Of a stretch of DNA of 64,000 nt, positions 29,323 through 41,530 are shown piece by piece. Origin of the DNA: the human T2T-CHM13v2.0 reference genome, Homo sapiens; the NCBI RefSeq assembly GCF_009914755.1, contig NC_060941.1; one strand, written 5' to 3'. The notes below the pieces were generated by a model. It was not told the origin of the DNA. It worked only from the letters and a program-made list of their open reading frames with translations, and did no database searches. Every line of letters starts with the position of its first letter. Within the stretch, counting starts at the first letter, position 1. The position numbers and the translations under genes were made by a program.

Positions 29323-30101
29323 GGGAACAGCTCATATGTTTTATGGAATTGGTTTACAAATAGTTATTGCAGGTTTCTAACAAAATAATTTTCATTTAAA
29401 CTGTCATTATTTGTATGTGAAAATTTCATGTAGCACCAAATTTGCATTTTTAACACATCTGAGTTTTCATGTTTGTGAAGTATCCCAATACTCTCAGATG
29501 ATTATGCTAATCCTTAAAAAGTTATCATGATGCCTCTTTTCTTATTTATTACATAGTAACATTTCTAGTAGAGAGTGGGGCCTTTGTTATGTCACATTTT
29601 TTATGAAATGTTTAAAGAAGGAGATAAAGATGAAAAATTAAATAGGAATGTCATAATTATTCTAGAGCTTTTAGCAATATTTGCCTGTGTATAAAATTAT
29701 CAATTTATATTTCACAGCTATAACTTCTGAACAAGAAATGACTAAATACAGAAAAGCATTTAGCTCTGATATCACAACCTCTTTATTTTAATCAGTAGAA
29801 AACTTTATTAATATATTTGTTATAATACATGTTTTGAAATTGTTACCTGCAGGTAAATATGCTAGTATACCTTCTCAAATTCCATTATTTTTGCTATTTC
29901 TTTGTAACAATTTGCTGTGTCACTATTAGTATATAGTTATTTCATCCCTTATTGAATTATTTATAGATTTTAAATGATGACATTTCAGTTATTTGGCTCT
30001 GGTTACTTTAGAGTTTTTGTTTTATTTTCATTATTAGGAGTTAGTATAAAAGTCTTTAGGTGATAAGTACTTTCTTTAAAAGAATTTAATATTCACATTT
30101 T

Positions 30102-30232
30102 GCTGGGTACAGGGGCTCTCACCTGTAATCCTGGCACTTTGGGAGGCTGAGGCAGGAGGATTGCCTGAGTCCAGGAGTTTGAAACCAGCCTGAACAACAT
30201 AGTGAGACCCTGTCTTTAAAAAAAAGAAAAAA
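30102..30232 (+). mobile_element. Alu left monomer (FLAM)
   Basis: TSD-like agaatttaatattca at 30081-30095 and 30237-30251. Confidence 0.85.
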
Positions 30233-31739
30233 TTCTAGAATTTAATATTCAAATGCTAAATTTTCAATAGACTCAAAGTCAGAATATTTTCTCCACACTT
30301 AGCTCTGTATTCTTTATGGTATATATTCTAGTGGGGCCTGTGTTTATATTGAGACCATATGCTACGAGTTGTTGCTGACTAGGTAGATTTCAATATTTTT
30401 TAAATGGATATAATTGCTGTGTTAATCTTAAAAATGGTGAAACTATGTAATGTTGCCTTTTTGCTTAGATGAAATGAATCGTTTTTTCATTTCTGCAGTT
30501 GTTCACTATGATAAATAGGGATAGGAAAGGTTCATATGAGAGTCCATAGTAGATAACTAGTGGCCACATACTAATTGATATTTGTATTGGTAAACAAAGT
30601 CATCTTTATTTTGCCACACTGCATACATGTTATATTTCCTTTATATTTGTATAAATCACAGAGAAATCAGATATCTAATAGTCTGTTTTCAGAAATGTAT
30701 ACATATACTATATCTCTAGCTACAATAATATACATTCACATTTAAATAAATGTGTTCCAATTATTTGACACTTCAGCATAAATTGGATGTAAAACTACAC
30801 ACAACAGTTTTTATATGAAATTTGGAGTATGTCGAGTAGGGAACTAAAAGGCATAACACGTAGTATTGGGGAAGATAGAGGGAGATGAGAGGTTTATAAA
30901 ACATGTACTTCATTTTTTTATACTTACATAGAAGAAATAACTAGAAAGATACTTTGCAGCTGTGTATTAATTTATAATTGGTTTCAGAGAAGTATAGTTT
31001 TATTTGCATTATGAAGAGTCAGAAATTGTTTCTACAATAGACTAGGCTTTATTTGATAAAGATTATCATATCAAATTTTCATTTTCTTTTTCTGCATTGT
31101 ATCTTTTTTATTTTTGTTTTTTTCTTTTCTTTAGATAGTTACTTTCTCAGAATTAACAGGGAATATGAATTATCATTTTTTTCCTCTTCACCATTTTTCA
31201 CTTTTATCTACCCTGTGCCAAAATGTCAGATTCTACTGGTTTTTCCTTCTCTCTCTTTTTTTTTGTGTGTGCTTTATTTTATTTTTATTTATTGTTCTTG
31301 ATCCCCCCACCATTTTGCAGGAAATGAATAATTAAAAGGGAAAATCTCCTTGCATTTCTGCTTTCTTCAGGATGTTGCTTATGTCACCGTTGAAGCACAA
31401 TCATGAGAAATAGTTAATCAGCACATTAGATAGGGTAGGAGGATGCCCTTCCCACCTATTTCCAGATTTTAAACCTAACAGAGATCCAGGGTTAATAAGA
31501 AGGAAACAAAGAATGACACAAACACTATCTCTCCTTCTACCCTTCTTTCCCACTCCCACTACAGAAAATTCATGATATTCAAAGGTTTATTTTCTAGTAA
31601 ATGTTTAGGAACTAAAATGTTATAAGATTCTGCATATGAAAGCTTTGTTAAAACTTTTTAAAATATAGTTTTCTCTTTCCAGATAAATTTCTCAATGTTT
31701 CTCTCTACTTCTTTACAATTCTATAGTTCAAATCTTTTC

Positions 31740-32630
31740 TTTCTATGTTGCTTCAAAGAGTTTTACAATTTTAGCTCTTATTTTTAGGTCTTTGATCCAT
31801 TTTGAGTTAATTTTTTATATGATGTAAGATAAGGATCTAACCTCACTCTTTTGCATATTCAGTTTCCTCAAAACCATTTGTTGAAAAGACTGTCCTTTTC
31901 CCACTAAATGGTATTAATACCCTTGTCAAAAATTATTGATGATACGGTTTATTTCTGGCCAGCCTTTTCTATTCCATTGGTCTATATGTCTGTCTTTATG
32001 CCAGTACCATACTGTTTAGACTACTATAGCTTTGTAGTAAGTTTTGAAATCAGAAAGTGTGAGAAATCCAAGTTTATTATTTTTTTCAAGATTGTTTTGA
32101 CTATTTAGGTTCCCTTGAGATTTCACATGAATTTTAAGATGGATGTTTCTATTTCTGGGGAAAAAAAAAGTCATTGAAAGTCGTTGGGATTTTGATAGGG
32201 ATTGCATTGAATCTATAGATCACTTGGGTGGTGTACCATCTTAATATTGTCCCCCAGTCCATGAAGAATGGATGCCTTTTCATTTATTTGTACCTTCTTT
32301 AATTTCTTTCAGCAATGTTTGATAGTTTTTGGTGCACAAGTCCTTTGTTTCCTTGATTAAGTTTATGTCTACATATTTTATTTTTTTGTTGTTGCTATTT
32401 TAAATTGAACTGTCTCCTTAGGTTTTTTTTCTCAGATTGTTCATTGTTAGTGTATAGAAATACAACTAACTTGTGAGTTGATTATGTATCCTGCAACTTT
32501 ACCGAATTTATTAGTTCCAGCAGGTATTTTTCTGGAGTCTTTAGGGTTTTCTACATATAAGTTGTCTTCTGCAAACAGATAATTTTACTTCTTTCTACTT
32601 TGGATGCCTTGTATTTCTTTTTCTTGCCTG
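31740..32630 (-). mobile_element. L1MB-type ORF2 fragment
   Basis: ggtctttgatccattttgagttaatttt...gggattgcattgaatctatagatc; the 32016-32207 ORF has L1 ORF2 residues (LSDFKTYYKA). Confidence 0.85.
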
Positions 32631-33204
32631 CACAAACATTTTTATTTTCCTACCACACTGGACAATTAATGTTTATTAAGTTATCTTCAGGTTAACTTTA
32701 CTAAATATACTTTATAATCTCAAATCCAACTTTGTGAAAATACTTTCTTGGTACTTTTATTGTTCTGCCTATCTTTATATTTATCTTTCATTTTACATTT
32801 TCTTGATCTTTGCTTTCATTTGGTCTGCCTCCATACTGTTCTCTCTGTATATTCTTATCTGAGTCTTCTGCCAGTTTCCTCCTAAAAAATCCCTTCTGCT
32901 ATGAAACATTTACTAAAGACAATACCTCAGTAATTATTTATTATTTTAATGCCCTTATATTTCTTTGACTAGATATACTTCAACATTATCTACAGCATTC
33001 CAGCATACAGAGGAACCTCGATAGGTAGATTTTCTCTTTTCACCATTAGCATTCCTGTGTGATGAATCTGATTGCTCTTATCCTCCCTCAACCACCTGCC
33101 TCCCAGGTGATCATGGGAAGAATTAGTGAGTATAGATAGTATTGTTATTTCTTCAAAATAGACCCCATATGGTTAATACTTTATAACTTAGGACTCTTTA
33201 AAAA

Positions 33205-33233
33205 ACAGCAACAACAACAACAACAACAACAAC
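33205..33233 (+). repeat. (CAA)n microsatellite
   Basis: acagcaacaacaacaacaacaacaacaac. Confidence 0.9.
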
Positions 33234-33278
33234 ACAAGAGTTAAATCGGTAAAAGAATGACTGAAAAGAAATTCTAAT

Positions 33279-33605
33279 AGCCAGGCGTGGGTGGCTCATG
33301 CCTGTAATCCCAGCACTTTGGGAGCCTGAGGCAGGCAAATCTTTTGAGTCCAAGGAGTTCCAGACCAGCCTGGGCAACATGGCAAAACTCTGTCTCTACC
33401 AAAAAAAAAAGAAATAACGAAAATTACCCAAGCGTGGTGGCACATGACTGTGGTCCCGACTACTCGGAAGGCTGAGATGGGAGAATCACTTGAGCCTGAG
33501 AGGAGGAGGTTGCAGGTTGCAGTGACCTGAGATCACACCACTGCACTCTCGCCTGGGCAACAGAGCCAGACCCTGTCTCACAAAAAAAAAGAAAAAAGAA
33601 AAGAA
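33279..33605 (+). mobile_element. Alu (AluJ-like)
   Basis: TSD aaaagaaattctaa on both sides. Confidence 0.9.
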
Positions 33606-33734
33606 ATTCTAACTTTACCACACATGTTGATACTCTCACAGATGAGGCCTTGATTTGTATTTCATTACAGCTTTTTTCTTAAGAAAATTTTCTTAATGAG
33701 CAGTTTGCATGTGGTGTTCGTGGATTCTCTAATC

Positions 33735-33925
33735 CAGTGTTCACAAACTTCAGTGTGCCATACGATCACCTGCAGGGCTTGCTGAATACAGATTGCTGGG
33801 CCCCCACCTTCCAGAGTGTCTGACCCAGCTTATCTGGGGTGAGGCCTGATCATTTGCATTTCTGACAAATTCCCAGGTGATATTATACTGCTGGTCCAGG
33901 CACCACATTTTGTGAACCCATGGTC
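33735..33925. mobile_element. MER5A-like hAT-Charlie fossil
   Basis: cagtgttcacaaactt...acagattgctgggcccc...atttgcatttctgacaaattcccaggtgat. Confidence 0.85.
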
Positions 33926-34189
33926 TAAAGAATACTGTTTAACTTCCATTCTGTACCACATATTTATTGTTGTCTAACTTAGACCATTTTGATTTGGATA
34001 CTCTACTAAGGCATAACATATTGTATTTTCTTCAACATGATTCCCTTCTCAATTAAAAAATAATTGGTGATATCACTGTTCACATCCCCTTAGACATCTT
34101 TGTTTTACTACCCCCATGCCTCAACATATATGCACGGTTCAGACTTCCAAATCATGCTGAATCTGTGATGACAACAGCAAAAACAATAA

Positions 34190-34720
34190 TAACAGCTGAT
34201 GTTTTTAGAACATTTATTCTGGGCTAGGTACTGTTTTGAGGATTTTATTTGAATTAATATAATCCTCACAAATTGTCTTTGATATTATTAGCCCAAAATA
34301 ACTGATGAAAGGAAACAAACACAGAAAGGTTCTTACAGCTAGAAAAAAAATGAATGAAATAGGACTCTAATGTAAGCATTCTGGTTTCAGAGCCCTTACC
34401 CTTAATTCCTGCACTCTCAAATTCCTCACTAATGTGCTGCCATGTTATGCTGTCTCTATAGTATGTCTGAAACTACTTTCTTACTTTGTTTTCTGTAGCC
34501 GTAGCCCTCACTAGTCCATGTATTAATAAACTTAATAAGTGAGCTATATCACTGTATCCAAGCACTGTGCTTAAATACTTATACATGTTTGGAATTAGTT
34601 AAGCCTCATAACAATACTGTGACTTTATGAGGAAACTGAGGCTTGGTAAGGCTAAATAACTTGCCTAATTTCTTACTATTAATATATGCTAGAATCAAGA
34701 CCTAGATTTTTCAGATCACT
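34190..34720 (-). mobile_element. Two MIR fragments
   Basis: aatcctcaca...; tgaggaaactgaggctt...aaataacttgcct. Confidence 0.65.
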
Positions 34721-36113
34721 CTACTTAACCTCTAAGCCGATATGCATTCATCTGCTCAACCTCTGCCAGATTCTGTAACTCAAGTCATTGAGGGCATAAG
34801 AATCGATGTTCCCAGTGTCAGTTCCAATCACTTATTTGTGCAGTAGTTTCTGTTATCTCTTACATCACAATAAAATGCCAAGTTTGGGCTTTAGATTGTT
34901 CCTACCCATCTCATCTCAACCACTTTCTTTCTTCTTTTAACTATCAGAGAAGGCCTTTTAATGTGGAATTCTCTTACTCACATGAATCATCTTATGTACC
35001 ATTTTTTACAATGAAGCATATTAAAATTCCAGGCTTCCAGGTAAAACATTATGCCCCATCTTCCAACTTGCCCTTCTATGTTCTCCACCAAGCAATATTA
35101 TGACTATTGTTCAACTTATCATATCTGTGATTGTCCCTGCTGTGTTTGACTTACAAATGACACTAGTTTTCTGTGACTTGGATGAGAACACCATTATCAT
35201 CTACCTTATAAAACAGTTTAACTTTATTATTAGACAAGCACAGTACCCCATGGATGAGGGAAGAGGTGAAGAGTAGATAGAAGAAAGAATTAAATGTCTC
35301 CTGTGAGCTATAAAGATAACCTCAGTTGGAATTTCCTGAGAAGGGAAAATAAAGAAGTTGGTATACATCGAGCTTCATAGATCTAAAATAACTCTCTTTG
35401 CTGGAGAATTGTGTATTTTAGTAAGAGGTTTTATTTTTTTTCCTCTGCCAGATCTGTTTAACTTCTGATTAACACCATATAGTCCATACTCTCTTCACAG
35501 TCTTCAGCTATTTCCTTTTTTCTGTATGATCTCTAGAACCCTGATCTTTTCCCTTGACTTCATCTCATAATTCTTGTACACGCCTCATACCTCCCTTAAG
35601 TTCTCCTGCCATCCTTCACTTTTTTTCTTACATTTCTACCTTAAGTTTCTGGTCTGTCTACTAGCCCTAAATTTCATTATTTAAAAAATGTTTTTAAGAT
35701 TTTAAGATATATAGAGTCCCTTGAGCAGGGACCTGTGCTGTCTTTGTCAGAACTCAGCAGGTAAAACAGTTACTCTGATGCCATGACAATGCTTTAATAA
35801 AATTCTAGTAAAGGACTTAAGAGCCTTAAGGATTAAATTACTATATAATCATTTTTCCTATACTAAGCAGTATTGAATAAATAAACTTTCATTATTTTTA
35901 AATCTGTTGGTGAAATTATAATGAAAAGAGATTCTAATATTGGCTATTAGTAGCCTGCATATATACATATAAATCACTTGAGATCTTTATTTGTAATAAT
36001 GATTTTTAAAAACAGGCTCAAGTCTCACACTCATAGCAAAGGTGAGAGTTCTGCTATTCCAAAGCTTGCTTTTGACAGAACCATACTGTTAGGACTCTTA
36101 ATGTTAGGCCTTT

Positions 36114-36127
36114 GTTGCCATGGAGAC
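36114..36127. promoter_or_regulatory. RFX X-box motif
   Basis: GTTGCCATGGAGAC. Confidence 0.5.
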
Positions 36128-37337
36128 AGTAACAGGCTTTATTATTTTTTAACATATACTGAAAATATACATACCCTAAGGTATAAAGCGTGACTTAGTT
36201 GTCTGTTGGTTTTGAGTATTGACACATTTTGAAAATAGTTTCTATATACTTTTAATACTTGATTTTTATCCTTCAAAGAAAATGAAGGAGATTTCTGACC
36301 ATTGTGATAACAGAGTTGTATATTACTTTTTACAGGGTCTTTTAGGAATAACGTAGAATCTCTTGTGGGTCAGTAATGGATGAGGACTTTGAAGAACATG
36401 CAGAAACTTTTGAGAAAAGTAATGTGATCTTAGACACATGTCTTGGCCACCTATGATTATGACACTAATATATAATACAAACAAATCAATTTCAGATTCA
36501 ACTAATACTTTGTGCCAGTACTGTGCTAAGCACTGTCACCCTATTATAGTTTATTTAATAGAACTCAGTTTGAAAGCACCTAAGCAATCCTCATATTTTA
36601 ACTTTTACAATAACTGATTATTCGAATGTGTATCAATAGCATTCCTGAATTTTTCCTCCTAAAAATTAGTAAATAAAATGTGTACATACTTTCAATAAGT
36701 AAAACTTTCAATTCATGAGTTATACTTTATTCCTTACAAGAATGAATGGATTCCATGGCATGAGATATTAATATTCCATAGGCATCATGATTAAATTGGT
36801 AACTAAATCACATGTCTTTAGCTTCTAGTGTCAAACTAGCAGGGCCTAGTTAATGCTTTAGTCCACCAGCAGTTTTGACTTCTTACATTAATAGCTGAGA
36901 AGTAAGGTAATTGATTTTCTTGTTAAGCTACGTAGATTAGGCCTGATGGCTTATATTTAATCCTACTTATGGTGTTTATCATGACCAAGTATTAGAGTAG
37001 TTATTTCTGGATAACAAAAACCTTTTGATTACAGTTATTATAAACAAAACCTTGAAACATAGTCCTGTGCTTTCCTTAGTTAACATCTGTATTTAATGGC
37101 AAAAGAAGCCAAAGTAAGAAAGCTCTTTGTTTTATAAAGAGAGAGAAATAAGGTAACAGACAATCACAATTTATACTAATAGTTTTGAATATTAGATTTT
37201 AGCTTTTCCAGTTTTCAGTGACTTTTAACAAGACCCATCTCCTCTATGAAGAATGCAGTTAGTTTTTTTTTTTTTTTTCTGGCTCAAAAAATAGGGTAAC
37301 CTGATCTGAGTCTGACAGAGTGTGTCGTTCATTTAAG

Positions 37338-37498
37338 TGCTTCCATCTGTTGCCTGCTGTTCCCCTTACTCATGACCCCTCTATGTTTCTCTCTTTCCCT
37401 TTTTCCTTCTCTTTCCCTGTTTCTCTCCCTTCCTTTCTCTTTCTTTCTCTCTTGCTCTCTCTGTCTCTTGCTTGCTCTCTCTCTCTTTTTGTTCTTAG
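37338..37498 (+). promoter_or_regulatory. Extended CT-rich polypyrimidine tract / AG-exclusion zone with candidate distant branch point (tactcAt, A at 37372)
   Basis: No AG dinucleotide between 37338 and the acceptor AG at 37497-37498; many TCTT/CTCT PTBP-type motifs. Confidence 0.7.
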
Positions 37499-37609
37499 CC
37501 CCTCTGAGGAAGGCAAAGTTTGTTGAGAGCCCACGAATTCCAGAATCCGAGCTTGGCTCACCAACCCTCACTTCAGCTCAGAAACTGGACGTGGATGCAT
37601 ACTGCCCTG
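37499..37609 (+). CDS. TANC2: Internal 111-nt cassette coding exon, probably TANC2 N-terminal region; phase 1-1; peptide (A)PLRKAKFVESPRIPESELGSPTLTSAQKLDVDAYCP(G)
   Basis: Long polypyrimidine tract ending ttcttag|CC; donor CTG|gtaagc; length divisible by 3 and open; peptide resembles TANC1 PVRKPKYVESPRVP and fits between TANC2 ...PVKKLT and GDAEQELG... (recalled, not searched). Confidence 0.85.
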
Positions 37610-37613
37610 GTAA

Positions 37614-37688
37614 GCATGCATGCAAAGTGTCTGCTTTGAAAGAGGGAGGATTGGATCAGGCCCATCCAGCAGAGCAGTGTTTTGCATG
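37614..37688 (+). promoter_or_regulatory. RBFOX (T)GCATG intronic splicing elements downstream of the exon
   Basis: GCATG 37614-37618, TGCATG 37617-37622, TGCATG 37683-37688. Confidence 0.65.
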
Positions 37689-38269
37689 TATACTACTCAT
37701 AAAAACATGTTACCTCTTTTGCAACTGATTGCCTATTCTTCTTAATAGAACATAGTTTTTACTGAATGCCCTGTTTTGACTTTGATACAATAATGAGAGT
37801 AAGTATTGAAAATAATTTCAAAGGTAATTTTCAAAAGAATTAAAATAATTTTGGTAGATAAGTAGTTTTAGGTAAGTAGGGTTACTTTTGTGATTTGAGA
37901 TACTTAAAGAAATTTTGCTGTGGCCATGTGCAAACAGAAATGTTGAAGATGTGAATAAGAATATTCATTCAACACTAGACACAAAAGTGTTCTATGCAAC
38001 ACTTTTGCATACAACCTTTATGCCTAATTCCTGTTGGATTTCTGGTGATTATAGAAAATACTTGTGATGCTGGAAACATTAAACTTGAATTAGAAAAGAA
38101 ATATAGGTTTCCGAGATGGACTCCTTTTGGATACAGATACTTACTTTTAGAAATACCTCTTGTGAATGGCCTGTAAACACATGTGAGAGTTCACTAAAAC
38201 CCTTCTTGTGTGGGAGCCAAACTGAGAAAGACTCATTATCAATGCTTAGATTCTTTCAAACTTAGATGA

Positions 38270-38282
38270 GTTGCCTGGCAAC
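38270..38282. promoter_or_regulatory. RFX (EF-C-type) palindromic motif
   Basis: GTTGCC-T-GGCAAC, perfect inverted half-sites. Confidence 0.5.
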
Positions 38283-38893
38283 ATCCTTTACACTCTCTCT
38301 ACAGTCAGTCTATAGAGCTGTGTCAGAAATGTTCACAGCTCTAGCTGAGTATACAGATTAGAGCATTAGTAAAGGAAGGACCTTGGAAGACTTGGTTTTA
38401 GGTCTTTTGTTTATTCCTGCTCATTAAAATTGATGTTAAACCACAGTGAATACAACTACTACATATTTACAGCATGAGGGGTCAGCAGAGTAAAATGATT
38501 CCTAGTTCTGGGGAAGATATCAGTATCTGTGATCTGAAATGTCAGTATAATATACCTTCGAAGCCAGATAGGACATAGTAAAACAAAAAACAAAACAGTA
38601 GGAGAAAATTTGGGCCAAACCTCATAAAATGAGAGACGTTTCATTTTATGAGTCAATTTTGAATACTGAAAGACCTTGGGGATTTTGCTTTCCTTCGGGG
38701 TATTGAAACGGCTTCATCCACTCTTATAGATAACCATTCTTTTCTAAATCAATCACAGTTTTGTATTAGGAACCAGCTTTTCTGTTTTCAAAAGGAACAA
38801 AGTAGTTCTTTAAATGGTACTATAGCACACGATTAGAAGAATCTTTCATGTTTTGAGGTATTGTCACGCTTCTTGGGCAGTCGAATATTGTAC

Positions 38894-39482
38894 TTTGCAT
38901 TTCTTCATGCAAATTTTAGTGTTATAAAGTAAAATAAGTGTGCTAATTTTCTATCCCTTTCTTGAGTTTTAGAAGGAAAACCCTATCAGAGGCCTTTTCC
39001 AGATTTGCAAGTCAGAATGACTGTCATGGGGGCCTAATCTTTCACTTCCTGATTGCCCATCTGACATCTTTAATCTAATCTAAAGCTAAAGTCTTACTCA
39101 GGTGATTATTTATGTATATTTTCCACAGGCATGAATTCTTTGTTGAATTAGAATTAAACTAAAGCTCGGTTATGATTTTTAGAAAGCAAGGAAGAAACTA
39201 AAACACAATATCAAAGTGCTGCTAAAAAAGTCTTTCCTTTTCTTATCTGAAACAATTTTAAAGCATAGAAACTTTATAGTGATTTGCTCATCTCTAATCA
39301 AGTTATTAGATGCTCTGAAAATTAGTTTCTACCAAGATAAGAATGGTAACCTGAGGGTTGAAGCTATTATCTCTACATAGTATCAAAAATTAACAATAAC
39401 CAAATGAATTGATGAGTATACTCACAAACCAAAAAGATTTTGCATTTTTTCATGCAAATTTTAGTATTATAAAGTGAAATAA
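38894..39482 (+). repeat. 44-bp dispersed direct repeat (38894-38937, 39439-39482)
   Basis: tttgcatt(c/t)ttcatgcaaattttagt(g/a)ttataaagt(a/g)aaataa. Confidence 0.85.
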
Positions 39483-39681
39483 TACTTAATTTTTGAATTT
39501 CTTTCACATAGGATATACTAACACCACTGATGATATTTTATTGTACATTCATACAGAGTAATACAGTTAAGGCTACTAGTGTTCTGATACCTTCTTGTCT
39601 GCCTGCTTTATTCATTATCACCTGAAAATTTAGGAAAATACTTTGTCTCCCAGAGGCAACAATCACAAACTGAAGGTTAGA

Positions 39682-39865
39682 GCAGTGGTTTTCAAACTTT
39701 AACTTACTTCAGAATTACCTGGAAGATTTGTCCAAATGCAGATTGGTGGGCCCCCAGAATTTCTTACTCAGTAGGTCTGGAGTGGGTCAAGAATTTGCAT
39801 TTCTAACAAAATCTCAGATCATACTGAAGCTGCTGTTTGAGATTCTATGCTTTGAGAACCAATTG
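39682..39865. mobile_element. MER5-like hAT-Charlie fossil
   Basis: cagtggttttcaaacttt...aatttgcatttctaacaa...tttgagaacca. Confidence 0.8.
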
Positions 39866-40744
39866 GGTTACAGGGCTGCTGCAGGCTACTCACTGTACAG
39901 TCATTGTTCAGTGGTTCAGTGAACAATGCTGAAAGTCTTTGGGGTTCCTTCTACCACTATTGATATCTGGGGAGTAACTGCCAGTGTTGTTTCTGTGTTA
40001 TCTAAACTTAAACCTTTTGGTAGCTTTTGTGTCTGAGAAATAGACTTATATATTTTTCTTGGTATGTCTTTTTGTACCTGACATCTGTGTACCCACGTCT
40101 AACTTTTCTGTGTTGTCCTGCATGTAAAAGGAAATTGTGGATCAAACCAAACCAATTCACTGATGGTTAAGTCCAAAAGTGTAGGGAAAGCTACTCTGGA
40201 GTATAGCTGTTGAGCTGGAATATTAAATTGAGTGATTCATTATATAGCATTATCTTCTATAATATCTAATTAAAGGTTTACTGTTCCTCAAGTTACATTT
40301 GTTGTATGCAAAAAATGTGGGAAAAATACAAGCAAACAGTATGTTTTGGTTCTGTAGCTACAACTGTGGAGATAATCGATGGTGTTAAGTAAACTACCAG
40401 AATAAAGGGGATGTTCCGGGAATTGTGTGTGTTAATTGTCTCACAGTGGGGAAACTAAGATCTAGAGAATTCAAGTGATTTGTCTAGGGTCACAAGCAGG
40501 ATTTGTTGTTCAGCTCTTGAAGTGGACACAATATAGTCCAAAAATATATTGCCCTCTAATCCTGTCACTGTGTAAATTCCATGAGCATTCCTTACTGTCC
40601 TTAGATTTAAAAGCAGAAAATTCAGTTAAGTATGAGATAGTCATATTCTATTTTTATGAAAAAGGGTAACCAACTGTTAGTGATTTCAATAAAGCAATTT
40701 CCAAAATAAGAAAATAGATTCATCCTACACTCTATCACTTTTCT

Positions 40745-40920
40745 ATCTACAGTATTACTTATTAGGTGTGTGATTTGGGGCAAGTCACTTAACCTTTCTA
40801 CCTGTTTCTTCATCTGTAAAAATAGAGATGATAATTTTAAATCAGTTTAATATATATAAAGCACTTAGAAGAATGCTTGGCTCATAGTCAGTGCTCATAA
40901 TTGTTAGTTGATTTTATTAT
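40745..40920 (+). mobile_element. MIR
   Basis: gggcaagtcacttaacct...ttcatctgtaaaa...aaagcacttagaa. Confidence 0.8.
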
Positions 40921-41339
40921 TTTTGCAGTGATGATCCTAAGGTATAAGACAAGGTCTTAATCAGAAAAAATACTTAAAGGTTTAGGGTCATTTTTTGTTA
41001 AGTGTGTCCTGTTGCATTTCAATTCTGATTTTTCTCTGATGAATCTTATGGTCTGGAACATGTCACTTAACTTTTCCATTCCACAGTCTCCTGTCACAGC
41101 AACATTATTTCTATAATTTAACAAATTATGCTTTTATATAGATACATGAATATATATTCATAGGAAAAAATTTCTGGAAGAATACACCAAACCGTACCAC
41201 TGGTTGCCTAAGGAGGGGAGACTTTGAATTATTGGAAAGTTAGAGTAGGATTGTTGTGAGATAATATTAGTTAGCAGAGATTATATCTGGTTGGTGGCAT
41301 TACAGGTGGTTTTAATTTTCTTTCTTGGGCAGCATGTAT

Positions 41340-41530
41340 TAGTGAGTAAGAGCTTATGTTCTGGAGTTAGATCTAGGTTTAATTTTTTTCTCTTCCACCT
41401 ACTAGCTGTGTGACTGATAAAAATAGACCTATCTTTAAAAAAAACAAAAACAAAAACAAAACAACCTATCATCTCATAGGATTGTTACAGAGATTAAGTG
41501 AAATATAATGTATATGCCACATGCTTAGCT
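41340..41530 (+). mobile_element. MIR fragment
   Basis: tactagctgtgtgac...tctcataggattgtt. Confidence 0.6.

Noticed and set aside
37507-37521. RKAKF as a PP1-docking RVxF motif
   Set aside because: Ala at the V/I position; the TANC1 equivalent as recalled (RKPKY) does not fit either
37329-37571. Lys/Arg/Glu-rich minus-strand ORFs
   Set aside because: Antisense reading of the CT-rich polypyrimidine tract
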